A stretch of 64,000 nt of DNA from the human T2T-CHM13v2.0 reference genome, Homo sapiens: the NCBI RefSeq assembly GCF_009914755.1, contig NC_060947.1; one strand, given 5' to 3'. The first letter of the stretch is position 1; the number at the start of each line of letters is the position of its first letter. Below, in pieces: positions 30,966-48,388 of the stretch. A program made the translations under genes and the position numbers. The notes under the pieces were generated by a model. It had not been told where the DNA came from and searched no databases. It worked only from the letters and a program-made list of their open reading frames with translations.

Positions 30966-33900
30966 TTTTTTAATGCTACATAAAATGCTTTATTCACTTC
31001 ACTTTAAAAGATTTTTTAAAGCCTCCGGTATTTGTTTATTTTTAAACTTTTAGGTTCACAGGTAAATGTGCAGGTTTGTTACATAGGTAAATTGTGTGTC
31101 GTGGGGGTTTGGTGTACAGATTATTTCATCACCCAGGTAATAAGTATAGTACCTGATAGGTAGTTTTTTGATCCTCACCCTCCTCCCACTCTCCACCCTC
31201 GAGTAGCTCCCAGTGTCTGTTGGTCCCTTCTTTGTGTGCATGTGTGCTCAATGTTTATCTCCACTTTTAAGTGAGAACATGTGGTATTTAGTTTTCCGTT
31301 CCAGTGTTAGTTCGCTTAGGATAATGGCCTCCAGCTCTATCTGTGTAGCAACACAGACGTGATCTTGCAAAGGATATGATCTTGTTGTTTTTTATGGCTG
31401 TGTAGTATTCCATGGTGTATATATGCCACATTTTCTTTATCCAGTCTGCCACTGATGGGCATTTAGATTGATTTCATGTCTTTGCTATTGCGAATAGTGC
31501 TTTGGTGAACATACATGTGCCTGTGTCTTTATGGTACAATGTTTTATATTCCTTTGGGTATATACCCAATACTCAGATTGCTAGGTCAAATAGTACTTCT
31601 GTCTTAAGTTCTTTGAGAAATTGCCATGCTGCTTTCCACAATGGCTGAACTAATTTACATTCCTAACAGCAGTGAATAAGTGTTCCCTTTTCTCTGCAAC
31701 CTTGCCAGCATCTGTTATTTTTTGAGTTTTTGATGATAGTCATTTTGACTGGTATGAGATGGTATCTCATTGTGGTTTTGATTTTCATTTCTCTAATGAT
31801 TGGTGATGTTGAGCATTTTTTCATATGCTTGTTGGCCATGTGTATGTCTTCTTTTGAAAATTATCTGTTCATGTCCTTTGCCCACTAGTTAATGGGATTG
31901 TTCGTTTTTTGTTAGTTGATTTAAGATCCTTATAGATTCTGGATATTAGATCTTTGTCAGATGAATAGTTTGCAAATATTTTCTCCCATTCTTTAGATTG
32001 TCTCTTTACTCTGTTGATAGTTCCTTTTGCTGTGCAGAAGCTCTTTAGTCTAATTAGGTGCCACTTGTACATTTTTGTTTTTGTTGCAATTGCTTTTGGT
32101 GTCTTTGTCAAGAAATCTTTACCAGGGCCTATGTCCAGGATGGTATTTCTTAGGTTTTCTTCTGGAGTTTTTATAGTTTCAGGTTTTACATTTAAGTCTT
32201 TAATCCATCTTGAGTTAATTTTTGTATATGGTGAAAGGTAGGGGCCCAGTTTCAATCTTCTGCATATGGCTAGTCAGTTATCCCAGCACCATTTAATGAA
32301 TAGGGAGTCTTTTCCTATTGCTTGTTATTGCTGGCTTTGTTGAAGATTAGATGACAGTAGGTGTACAGCTTTATGTTTAGGTTCTCTCACCTGTTCCATT
32401 GGTCTATGTGTCTGTTTTTGTACCAGTACCATGCTGTTTTAGTTACTGTAACCTTGAAGCACAGTTTGAATTTGGGTAGTATGATGCTTCTGGCTTAGTT
32501 CTTTTTACTTAGGATAGCTTTGGCTATTTGGACTCTTTTTGGTTTCCATATGAATTTTAGAATAGTTATAATTCTGTGAGAAATGTCATTGGTAATTTGA
32601 TAGGAATAGCATCCAATCTATACATTGCTTTGGGTAGTATGGCCATTTTAACAATACTAATTCTATCTGAGCATGGAATGTTTTCCCACTTGTTTGTGTC
32701 ATCTCTGATTTCTTTCAGCAGTGTTTTATAATTCTCATTGTAGAGCTCTTTCACTTCCCTGGTATTTTATTCTTTTTGTGGCTATTGTGAATGGGTTTGC
32801 ATTCTTGATTTGGCTGTCAGCTTGGACCTTACTGGTATATAGAAATGCTATTGATTTTTGTACATTGATCTTGTTTTTTGAGACTTTGCTGAAGTTGTTT
32901 ATCAGATTGAGGAGCCTTTGGGCAGAGACTATGGGGTTTTCTAGGTATACAATCATCATATTGTCAGTGAAGAGAGATAGTTTGACTTCTTTTTTTTTTT
33001 TTTTTAAATTTAGATGCCTTTTATTTCTTTCTCTTGCCTGACTACTCTGGCCAGGATTTGCAGTACTATGTTAAATAGGAGTGGTGAGAGTGGGCATCCT
33101 TGTCTTGTTCTGGTTCTTAAGGGGAATGCTTCTAGTTATTACCCATTCAGTATAATGTTCGCTGTGGGTTTGTCATAAATGGCTCTTATTATTTTGACGT
33201 ATGTTCCTTCAATGCCTAGTTTGTTGAGGGTTTTTAACATAAAGCGATGTTGAATTTTATCAAAAGCCTTTTCTGCATCTATTGAGATGATCATGTGTTT
33301 TTTGTTTTTAGTTTTATTTATGTGATGAATCACATTTATTGATTTGTGTGTGTTGAACCAACCTTACATCCCAGGAATAAAGTCTGCTTGATTGTGGTGG
33401 ATTAGCTTTTCTATGTGCTGCTGGATTCAGTTTGCTAGTATGTTGTTGAGAAATTTTGCATCTATGTTCATGAGGGATATTGGCCTGAAGTTTTCTTTTT
33501 TTGTTGTGCCTCTTCCAGGTTTTGGTACATCATGAGAATGATGCTGGTCTCATAGAATGAGTTAGATAGGAATCCCTCTTCCTCAATTTTTTTGGAATCC
33601 TTTCAGTAGGATTGGTATGAGTTATTTCTATGTCTTGTAGAATTCGGGTGTGACTCTCTCTGGTCCCGTGCTTTTCCTGGTTGGTAGTGTTTTTTATTAT
33701 TACTGATTCAATTTTGGAACTCATTTTTGGTCTGTTCAGGATTTCAGTTTCTTCCTAGTTCAATCTTGGAAGGTTGTATGTTTCCAGGAATTTAACCATT
33801 TCTACTAGGTTTTCTAGTTTGTGTGCATGTAATAGTCTCTGAGGCCTTTCTAAAAAAATTTCTGTGGGGTCAGTGGTAATATTCCCTTTGTCATTTCTGA

Positions 33901-35064
33901 CTGTGTTTATTTGGATCTTCTTTTTTTCTTTATTAGTCAAGCTAGCAGCCAATCAACCTTATTTATTATTTCAAATAACCAATTTTTGGATTTATTGATC
34001 TTTTGTATGGTTTTTCTCATCTCCATTTCATTCAGTTCATCTCTGATTTTGGTTATCTTATTTATTTTGCTGGCTTTGATGTTGGTTTGCTCTTGTTTTT
34101 CTTTTCTTTTTTTATTATTATTATACTTTAAGTTTTAAGGTACATGTGCACAATGTGCAGGTTTGTTACATATGTATACATGTGCCATGATGGTGTGCTG
34201 CACCCATTAACTCATCATTTAGCATTAGGTATATTTCCTAATGCTCTCCCTCCCCCCTCCCCCCAACCCACAACAGTCCCTGGTGTGTGATGTTCCCCTT
34301 CCTGTGTCCATGTGTTCTCATTGTTCAACTCCCACCTACGAGTGAGAACATGCGGTGTTTGGTTTTTTGTCCTGGCGATAGTTTGCTGAGAATGATGGTT
34401 TCCAGCTTCATCCATGTCCCTACAAAGGACATGAACTCATCATTTTTTATGGCTGCATAATATTCCATGGTGTATATGTGCCACATTTTCTTAATCCAGT
34501 CTACAATTGTTGGACATTTGGGTTGGTTCCAAGTCTTTGCTATTGTGAATAGTGATGCAATAAACATACGTGTGCATGTGTCTTTATAGCAGCATGTTTT
34601 ATAATCCTTTGGGTATATACCCAGTAATGGGATGGCTGGGTCAAATGGTATTTCTAGTTCTAGATCCCTGGGGAATTGCCACACTGACTTCCACAATGGT
34701 CCAACTAGTTTACAGTCCCACCAACAGTGTAAAAGTGTTCCTATTTCTCCACATCCTCTCCAGCACCTGTTGTTTCCTGACTTTTTAATGATCACCATTC
34801 TAACTGGTGTGAGATGGTATCTCATTGTGGTTTTGATTTGCATTTCTCTGATGGCCAGTGATGATGAGGATTTTTTCATGTGTTTTTTGGCTGCATAAGT
34901 GTCTTCTTTTGAGAAGTGTCTGTTCATATCCTTTGCCCACTTTTTGATGGGGTTGTTTGTTTTCTTCTTGTAAATTTGTTTGAGTTCATTGTAGATTCTG
35001 GATATTAGCCCTTTGTCAGATGAGTAGATTGCAAAAATTTTCTCCCATTCTGTAGGTTGCCTGT

Positions 35065-38659
<3,595 letters not shown>

Positions 38660-39292
38660 CTATTCTGTTGATTTCGGGTGGAGAGTTCTGTATATGTCTA
38701 TTAGGTCTGTTTGGTGCAGAGCTGAGTTCAATTCCTGTATATCCTTGTTAACTTTCTGCCTCATTGATCTGTCTAATGTTGACAGTGGGGTGTTAAAGTC
38801 TCCCATTATTATTGTGTGGGAGTCTGAGTCTCTTTGTAGGTCACTCAGGACTTGCTTTATGAATCTGGGTGCTCCTGTATTGGGTGCATATATATTTAGG
38901 ACAGTTAGTTCTTGTTGAATTGATCCCTTTACCATGATGTAATGGCCTTCTTTGTCTCTTTTGATCTTTGTTGGTTTAAAGTCTGTTTTATCAGAGACTA
39001 GGATTGCAACCCCTGCCTTTTTTTGTTCTCCATTTGCTTGGTAGATCTTCCTCCGTCCCTTTATTTTGAGCCTATGTGTGTCTCTGCACATGAGATAGGT
39101 TTCCTGAATACAGCACACTGGTGGGTCTTGACTCTTTATCCAATTTGCCAGCCTGTGCCTTTTAATTGGAGCATTTAGCCCATTTACATTTAAGGTTAGT
39201 ATTGTTATGTGTGAATTTGATCCTGTCATTATGATGTTAGCTGGTTATTTTGCTCGTTAGTTGATGCAGTTTCTTTCTTGCCTTGATGGTCT

Positions 39293-40309
39293 TTACATTT
39301 TGGCATGTTTTTGCAGTGGCTGGTACTGGTTGTTCCTTTCCATGTTCAGTGCTTCCTTCAGGAGCTCTTTTAGGGCAGGTCTGGTGGTATCAAAATCTCT
39401 CAGCATTTGCTTGTTTGTGAAGTATTTTATTTCTCCTTCACTTATGAAGCTTAGTTTGGCTGGATATGAAATTCTGGGTTGAAAATTCTTTTCTTTAAGA
39501 ATGTTGAATACTGGCCCCCACTGTCTTCTGGCTTGTAGAGTTTCTGCCGAGAGATCAGCAGTTAGTCTGATGGGCTTCCCTTTGTGGGTAACCTGACCTT
39601 TCTCTCTGGCTGCCCTTAACATTTTTTCCTTCATTTCAACTTTGGTGAATCTGACAATTATGTGTCTTGGAGTTTCTCTTCTCGAGGAGTATCTTTGTGG
39701 TGTTCTCTGTATTTCCTGAATTTGAATGTTGGCCTGCCTTGCTAGATTGGGGAAGTTCTCCTGGATAATATCCTGCAGAGTGTTTTCCAACTTGGTTCCA
39801 TTCTCCCCGTCACTTTCAGGTACACCAATCAGATGTAGATTTGGTCTTTTCACATAGTCCCATATTTCTTGGAGGCTTTTTTCATTTCTTTTTATTCTTT
39901 TTTCTCTAAACTTCTCTTCACGCTTCATTTCATTCATTTCGTCTTCCATCACTGACACCCTTTCTTCCAGTTGATCGTATCGGTTACTGAGGTTTGTGCA
40001 TTCGTCACGTAGTTCTCGTGCCATGGTTTTCAGCTCCATCAGGTCCTTTAAGGACTTCTCTGCATTGGTTATTCTAGTTATCCATTCATCTAATTTTTTT
40101 TCAAAGTTTTTAACTTCTTTGCCATTGGTTCGAACTTCCTCCTTTAGCTCGGAGTAGTTTGATCTTCTGAAGCCTTCCTCTCTCAACTCGTCAAAGTCAT
40201 TCTCCATCCAGCTTTGTTCCGTTGCTGGTGAGGAGCTGCATTCCTTAGGAGGAGGAGAGGCGCTCTGATTTTTAGAGTTTCTGGTTTTTCTGCTCTGTTT
40301 TTTCCCCAT
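39293..40309 (-). CDS. L1 ORF1p, intact 338-aa frame
   Basis: MGKKQSRK...ARR...YPAKLS...QKHAKM; full canonical length with no stops. Confidence 0.9.
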   Translation of the reverse strand: MGKKQSRKTRNSKNQSASPPPKECSSSPATEQSWMENDFDELREEGFRRSNYSELKEEVRTNGKEVKNFEKKLDEWITRITNAEKSLKDLMELKTMARELRDECTNLSNRYDQLEERVSVMEDEMNEMKREEKFREKRIKRNEKSLQEIWDYVKRPNLHLIGVPESDGENGTKLENTLQDIIQENFPNLARQANIQIQEIQRTPQRYSSRRETPRHIIVRFTKVEMKEKMLRAAREKGQVTHKGKPIRLTADLSAETLQARRQWGPVFNILKEKNFQPRISYPAKLSFISEGEIKYFTNKQMLRDFDTTRPALKELLKEALNMERNNQYQPLQKHAKM

Positions 40310-41337
40310 CTTTGTGGTTTTATCTACCTTTGGTCTTTGATGATGGTGATGTACAGATGGGTTTTTGGTGTGGATGTCCTTTCTGTTTGTTAGTTTTCCT
40401 TCTAACAGTCAGGACCCTCAGTGGCAGGTCTGTTGATGTTTACTGGAGGTCCACTCCAGACCCTGTTTGCCTGGGTATCAGCAGCAGTGGCTGCGGAACA
40501 GCGGATATTGGTGAACCGCAAATGCTGTTGTCTGATCGTTCCTCTGGAAGGTTTGTCTCAGAGGAGTACCCAGCCGTGTGAGGTGTCAGTCTGCCCCTAC
40601 TGGCGGGTGTCTCCCAGTTAGGCTACTCGGGGGTCAGGGACCCACTTGAGGAGGCAGTCTGTCCGTTCTCAGATCTCCAACTGCGTGCTGGGAGAACCAC
40701 TACTGTCTTCAAAGCTGTCAGACAGGGACATTTAAGTCTGCAGAGGTTATTGCTGTCTTTTGTTTGTCTGTGCCCTGCCCCCAGAGGTGGAGCCTACAGA
40801 GGCAGGCAGGCCTCCTTGAGCTGTGGTGGGCTCCACCTAGTTCGAGCTTCCTGGCCGTCTTGTTTACCTACTCAAGCCTGAGCAATGGTGGGCGCCCCTC
40901 CCCCAGCCTCTCTGCCGCCTTGCAGTTTCATCTGAGACTGCTGTTCTAGCAATGATCGAGGCTCCATGGGTGTAGGACCCTCCAAGTCACGTGCAGGATA
41001 TAATCTCCTGGTGTGCCATTTGATAAGCCCGTTGGAAAAGTGCGGTATTAGGGTGGGAGTGACCTGATTTTCCAGGTGCCGTCTGTCACCCATTTCTTTG
41101 AGTAGGAACGGGAATTCCCTGACCCCTTGTGCTTCCTGGGTGAGGCAATGCCTCGCCCTGCTTCAGCTCACGCTTGGTGTGCTGCACCCACTGTCCTGCA
41201 CCCACTGTCCGGCACTCCCCAGTGAGATGAACCCAGTACCTCAGTTGGAAATGCAGAAGTCACCTGTCTTCTGCGTCGCTCACGCTGGGAGCTGCAGACT
41301 GGAGCTGTTCCTAGTCGGCCATCTTGGCTCCACCCCC
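40310..41337 (-). promoter_or_regulatory. Complete L1 5'UTR (about 1.03 kb long form) with internal promoter
   Basis: YY1 motif caagatggcc; retains the ~129-bp segment (about 40430-40560) lost in L1PA2/L1HS. Confidence 0.85.
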
Positions 41338-42163
41338 AGTTTGCTCTTGTTTTTCTAGTTCCTCTAGGTGTCATGTTAGGTTGTTAATTGAGAACTTTCT
41401 AACTTTTTGATGTGGGCCTTTAGCACTACAAACTTTCCTCTTAACATTGCTGTAGCTGTGTCCCATAGATTCTTAAATGTTTTATCTTTGTTTTCATTAG
41501 TTTCAAATAATTTGATTTCTGCCTTAATTTTATTGTTTACCCAAATGTCATTCAGAAGCAGGTTGTTTAATTTTCATGTAATTATATGGTTTTGAGAGAT
41601 CTTGGTATTGATTTCTATTTTCATTGTGCTGTGGTCTGTGACTGTGGTTGATATGCTTTTGTTGTTTTTGAATTTGTTGAGAATTGATTTATGGTCGAAC
41701 ATATGGTTGATTTTAGAATTTGTGCCATGTGCACATGAGAAGAATGTATATTCTGTTGTTTTTGGGTGGAATGTTCTATAGATATCTGTTAGGTCCATTT
41801 GATCAAGTGTTGAGTTTAGGCCCTGAATAGTTTTCTACTCCAATAATCTGTCTAATACTGTCAGTGGGGTGTTGCAGTCCTCTGTTATTATTGTGTGGTT
41901 ATCTAAGTCTCTTCGTGGATCTCTAAGAACTTGGTTTATCAATCTGATGTTCCAGTGTTGTATCCAGCTTTTATAAACTATAATTTCTGGACCCTCACTG
42001 TTCTGTTTGCCCTACTCTGTACAAATGGTTATTTGTTAATGTTCTCCTTAAATTGTCACATGTCAAAATTGGACGTGACATTCCAAATATGGTCTGTACA
42101 CTGCATGGCTCATTGCTTGGTGGGAATGGTATATTCTGTTTTTGGTTGCATTTGAATAATATC

Positions 42164-42378
42164 TTTTTTAAAAAAATTATATTTTAAGTTCTGGGATACA
42201 TGTGCAGAATGTGCAGGTTTGTTACATAGGTATACATGTGCCATAGTGGTTTGCTGCACCCATCAACCCGTCACCTACATTAGATATTTCTCCTAATGCT
42301 ATCCCTCCGCTGTCCCCCCACTCCCTGACAGGGCCCTGTGTGTGATGTTCCCCTCCCTGTGTCCATGTGTTCTCATAT
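42164..42378 (-). mobile_element. Short L1PA7/8-like 3'UTR insertion
   Basis: ttaagttctgggatacatgtgcagaatgtgcagg...gtccatgtgttctca. Confidence 0.85.
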
Positions 42379-43539
42379 TCTAAAGCACTCGAAGATTAAG
42401 GAATAAGATGTTGGAAATTAGAATATTTTCTCCCAGGTTTTAAGTACAAGGTGCAAATAATTCAAGGTGTGTGTGTATGTGTATTCTGACCCAAAAGTTT
42501 GCTATTAGTGAGGACCTGTTATAAATCTTTGCAATCTGTGTATTTACTAACTAGTGCCAAAGGCTTTGAATTATCAAGTCCATAATAAGGAATAATTGAA
42601 TTCATGATTATTGCTCTGTTTCTCTTCTATTTTCAAAAAATAAATTTGTTAGTTTCAATTAGATCCTATATATTAATTATGGGTATCAGTAATTCAGTAT
42701 TTCCAAATTTAAACGGTTGAATATATTATTTGAGATAGTGCCCCAGTTGTGAAATGTCTTCTTATCTTTCCATACTTCTCTGTGGATTGAAAGTCACTTC
42801 AAATGCTACTGCCAGTTTACCCTGCTGTTTACCTGGAAGTGATTTCTTCCTTATTTGAATTCTTTTAGTTCTTTCTTGACAGCTATCCTACCCATCATTA
42901 TATTATGGATATTTGTGTATGGGTTTAATCTCCTGTAAGAGAATACAGATTCTTAAGAGAATCTAATATGTTTTATTCATTCTTAAATGCCTCAGATAGC
43001 CTACCCAGTGCCTTGAATCTAATTTGTGCTCATTAGTCACTGAATATAAATGCAAGAAGGCTAAATATTTAAAAATGCCTTCATAGTAGTGGATTTAGTA
43101 AGTAAGCACATGTAATATGAACCAAAAATATATTTGATAATGAAGTACTAAAGCACCCAGTTAATGAATTAACTAATTATAATTCTCTGGTGTGGACTGA
43201 TTTGTTGGGATTGTTTATATTTATGTATTAGATACAATACATGTTTTGTGATAGAAGAAAAGCAGAATTATATAGAAAGAATATTACCAGCATCATCCAG
43301 TATATTGTCTACAGGTTTCAGTCCCTTCAGACTTGCTGATGCTTATTTGGATGTTCTAAATAGTGGATTTAAAAATTAACTTTTGCAAACCGATTCATTC
43401 CTGGGGAATAGGAACAAATATTCTGTAGAGTTGCTCTTATTTTATATATTAATATCATCTCCTCATCTTGAAGAAGCTAGTATAATTGTTGGGCAAGAGG
43501 AAATACCCTTCTTGATCTTACTGATCTTAGTGATTTACT

Positions 43540-44240
43540 GTGTGGTAAGCCACTTTGCATTATCTCATTTAATCTTTACAAATTTTTAAAACAATCAGTG
43601 AGGTAGACTTTATAATTATCCTTATTTTGTGAATGAGAAAACAGAGGCAGAGAGGTTAAGTAAATAGTTCGTAGTAAGCAATGCAACCAATCCTGGATCC
43701 AGTACCCAAGGATTTTTTTCTTTGCATTTTTTTTTTTTAGGTTCAAGGGGTACACCTGCAGGTTTGTTACATGAGTAAATTGCATGCCATGGGGGTTTGG
43801 TGTACAGATTGTTTTGTTACCCAGGTAACCAGCATAATACCCAATAGGTAGTTTTCCAATCCGCACCCGCTACCCTCAGATAGGCCCTTGTGTCTTCTGT
43901 TTCCTTCTTTGTGTCCATGTGTACTCATTGTTTAGCTCCCCCTTATAAGTGAGAACATGTGATATTTGGTTTTCTGTTCTTGTGTTAATTTGCCTAGAAT
44001 TATGGACTCCCACTCCATCCATGTTGCTGCAGAGGACATGATCTCATGCTTTTTTATGACTGCATAATATTCCATGGTGTATATGTACCACATTTTCCTT
44101 ATCCAGTCTGCCATTGATGGGCATTTAGGTTAATTCCATGTTTTTGCTATTGTGAATAGTGCTGTGCTGAACATGCACATGCATGTGTCTTTATGGTAGA
44201 ATGATTTATATTCCTTTGCAGAACCCAAATTCTTGAACAC
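43540..44240 (-). mobile_element. MIR interrupted by an L1PA16/L1PB-like 3' end (about 43712-44220)
   Basis: MIR gaatgagaaaacagaggcagagaggttaag; L1 ORF2 end WIRKMWYIYTMEYY. Confidence 0.8.
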
Positions 44241-44361
44241 AATGTTCTCCTTTGTGTTCTTTATTATCAAACAAATCTATAAATGTTATTCAAGCTCTTA
44301 ATATATGCAAAGTGATTTTTAGGCATTGTCAAAATAAAACTATATAAAGCAAGAGATATAG

Positions 44362-44523
<162 letters not shown>

Positions 44524-45126
44524 TAGAACTTAAAATTTTTCTGTAAAGGCTACATGTCTATCTAATGGAATATCGTACTAATATTATGCACATTAAGTGC
44601 CAACTGAATGACACTGGTATAGTGTTCTAAAGGAATTTATAGGAAAGCTTTGGGGCAGTCCAGTAAGACTTTTATGGAGAAGATGAAACTTTAGATGATT
44701 TTTTTTTTTACTTTTCATTATCTCATTTATTAAAAATTGAAAATGGAACATGAACATAATTAATTATATTTAAGGAAATGCATTGAACAAGGACTGAAAG
44801 GTGATATGCCAAACTATTTAATATCTACTTCTGGGAAGGGGTGCAGATAGGAGGGAGAAGAAAAACATTTATGTTAAATATCCTACTGTCGCATTTAAAT
44901 CAGTTTCAGTATTTTTTGTGTTTTGATGCTCTGCACAGCCTATACATCTCTGTTAATTAGCCTTTTTAGCTTGCAAGGAATAGAACTATGTTCAGGCTAC
45001 CTCATTTAATGAGGGTTTATTACAAAGATACATGAAGAAGTAAGAAAGAACGAAAGTAAGGGTTTGTCCATAAATCTAACAATCTAGTACAAGCTCTAGA
45101 TGTCTACAGCTTCAGGATTCAGCTAC

Positions 45127-45225
45127 CCTCTTTTTTTCCCTCCCTGTCCCCACTCCTTCCCTCCCTCCCTCCATCCCTCCCTCCATCCCTTCCTCCCTCC
45201 CTTCCTCTTTCTCCTTTTTCTCTCA
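45127..45225. repeat. (CCCT)n-like polypyrimidine tract
   Basis: Direct inspection. Confidence 0.85.
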
Positions 45226-46611
45226 AAATTTTCACATCAATAATTTAAATACATTACAAATATAGTTCTTCTAAATGATTGAGATTATTCTTAAATGGAA
45301 ACTAGAACTTATATCAGCAGAGAGATGGAGGAGGGCATTTCAGACTGGCCCTGAGGCAAAGGAAGAACGTACCATGAGCCATAATCAAGCTGGGAGAAGA
45401 TCAAGACATGGCCAGGGGATCTTACTGCACATTGTCAAAATGATTTTTTCAGGCTTTCATCTTAAAAACCAGAAATCCATTTATGAGTGTAAATTATGTT
45501 CATCAGAACATTTGCACAATAATCAGTTTTTACAACTGGAGATAAGAAAAGCAATTTTTTAAATATAAACATTTTATTAAGGGAAAGCACATTCATTTAG
45601 GTTTTCAAAAATGAAGAAATACTACAAATTGGCAAGGAGGGAAATTTATCATTATCACCTGCGCTATCTATTGTTGTTTTATAGTGACTGTATACATTTT
45701 TAAACAGTTTTCAGTATGAAGGATGAGAAAAAATTTAAATCCTCTTTCCAAAAGGCATATAAAAAATACACCTCATCTACCTTGAATAAATGTAATCCAA
45801 TTCTATGAACACGGATAAAATATCATTGAAGGTTTACACTAGGTTGGATAACTGAAAGGACTCATAAGACTCTACTCATGTAAGGATTTAAGAAAGATAA
45901 AGATATGGCACAGCAGGATAAAGAAAATGCAGATGCTCGTAGAGAAAGCTGAGCCTTCCAGGTGCAGTTCTCAGAGCCCTTATTCACACAGGATGTACTT
46001 CACCTTCTGATTTTAACCCACTAAGATCTATTAGCTAAGATATGAGGTACCTTGGTCTCAGGGGAGCTAAGGCACAAATTTACTGAGGGATATACCCTGC
46101 TGGTTATATAGCTAAAACCAGACTGTGTAACCATTTTAAAAAGTATAAAGAAATGTATGGGGTGATAACTTGGGAGAGTGGTTACTTTCGGGAAGATGAA
46201 AATGTATTAGATGGGCAGTACAGGTTTTGTATTGTATGTATAAGGTTTCTGCTGGTCTGGTGGCTAGTCCATGGCTGGTATATAATTCTCACTTCTGTTT
46301 TGTATGTCTGAAATATTTTATAATAAAAAGTTTGGGTGTAAAACATTTCCTCATGTCATATAAAAATAAGCTTACAAAACACACTTTTACATTGTCATTT
46401 GCAGGAGCCTAAGTCACCTCATTGTAACTGTGAAAAAAACGCTCATTTTATAACTGTAGTTATAAAACTCATGTGATTCAATACATTTATCTCAAGAAGT
46501 CAACAAATACACCCTTCTGAAGGGTTTTTAGGGCCAGAATATTGATTAATCAAACAGTTGTGAAAAAGTAAAAATGAAATTATGTGGCAAGTGCCACTAC
46601 AATTATTTCAA

Positions 46612-48205
46612 AATTATTTATTTTAAAAAGTTGACAATTAAAAATTATATATATTTATCATGTACAACATGATGTTTTGAAATATGTATACATTGTAGAA
46701 TGGCTACATGGAGCTAATGAACATATGCATTACTTTACATACTTAGCATTTTTTGTGGTGAGAACACAAAATCTATTCTTATAGCACTTTTCAAGAATAT
46801 AAGATATTGTTATTAACTATAGTCACCACGATGTACAATAGATCTCTTGAACTTATTTCTCCCTGTCTAACTGAAATTTTGTATCCTTTGACCGATATAT
46901 CCACAACCCCCCAACCCCTATCCCCTAGTAACCATCATTTTACTTTCTGCCTTTATGAGTTCAACTTTTTTAGATTCCACGTATGCAAGATCATACATTA
47001 TTTGTCTTTCTGGGACTGGCTTACATCACTTAACATAATGTCTTCTAGGTTAATCTATGTTGTTGCAAATGACAGATTTCCTTATTTGAAAAGGCTGAAT
47101 AGTATTCCGTTGTGTGTATACATACCACATTTTCTTTATCCATTCATTCATTGATGGACACAGGTTGATTATATATCTTGGCTAGTGTGAATAATGCTTC
47201 AATGAACATGGGAGTGCATATATCTCTTTGAGATGCTAATTTCATTTCCTTTGGATATATACCCAGTAGTGGGATTGCTGGATCATATGGTAGTTTTATT
47301 TTTAATTTTTGGAAGAACCTCCGTATTTTTTTCTATAATGTCTATACTAATTTACATTCCCACCAACAGTGTTCAAGGGTTCCCTTTTCTGCATATCTTT
47401 GTCAACACCTATCATTTGTCTTTTTGATAATCTCTATTCTTTTTTTCTTTTAGAGTTGGGATCTTGCTCTATCATCCAGGCTGGAGTTCAGTGGCTTGAT
47501 CGTGGCTCATTGCAGCCTTAAACTCGTGGGCTCAAGCAATTCTTTTGCCTCAGCCTCCTGAGTTGTTGGGATTACAGGGTATGATTCACTGTACCTGGTT
47601 TGTAATCCCTATTCTATTAGGTATGAGGTTTTAATTTGCAGTTCCCTGATGATTAGTGATGTTGAACATTTTTCATTTACCTGCTGGCCATCTGTAAGTC
47701 TTCTTTTGAGAAATGTCTATTCAGGTTCTTTATCTATTTTGTAATTGGGTTATTTGTTTTCTTGCTATTGTGAGTTCCTTGTATATTTTGGATGATAATC
47801 TTTTATCAAATATATGGTTTGCAAATATTTTCTCCCATTCTGTATGTTGTCTCTTTACTCTGTTGATTGTTTCCCTTGCTGCACAGAAGCTTTTTAGTTT
47901 GATATAATCCCATTTGTCTATTTTTTGTTTTGTTACCTGTGCTTTTGGGGTCATATCCAAAAAATTATTGTCCAGAGTAAAGTCATGGAGCTTTCCCCCT
48001 ATGTTTCCTTCTAGTAGTTTTATAGTTTCAGGTTTTATGTTTAAGTCTTTAATCTGTTTTGAGTTGATTTTTGTATACATTGTGAGGTAAGTTCATTCTT
48101 CTGCCTGTGGATATTCAGTTATCCTAACAACATTTATTGAAGAGACTGTCCGTTCCCCTTGTGTTTTCTTGGAACCTTTGTAAAAAATCACTTGACCATA
48201 AATAT
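46612..48205 (-). mobile_element. L1MA 3' fragment with an embedded Alu right monomer (about 47440-47600)
   Basis: ORF2 remnant [22 protein letters not shown]; L1MA-type 3'UTR. Confidence 0.85.
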
Positions 48206-48388
48206 GCCTCAGTACAATCTTAATTACAAATGTTTACTCTCATAAGCACTATCATTATTAATATATTATTCCTGTATGACTCAGACATAAGGGTTTTCAA
48301 AGAGGCCTAAAGATTAGAAAAACAAGTGCAGTACTCAATCTTTTCTTCCTTCAAAAAAAAAATGCTAGAGGTCAGATATATCTTCTGT

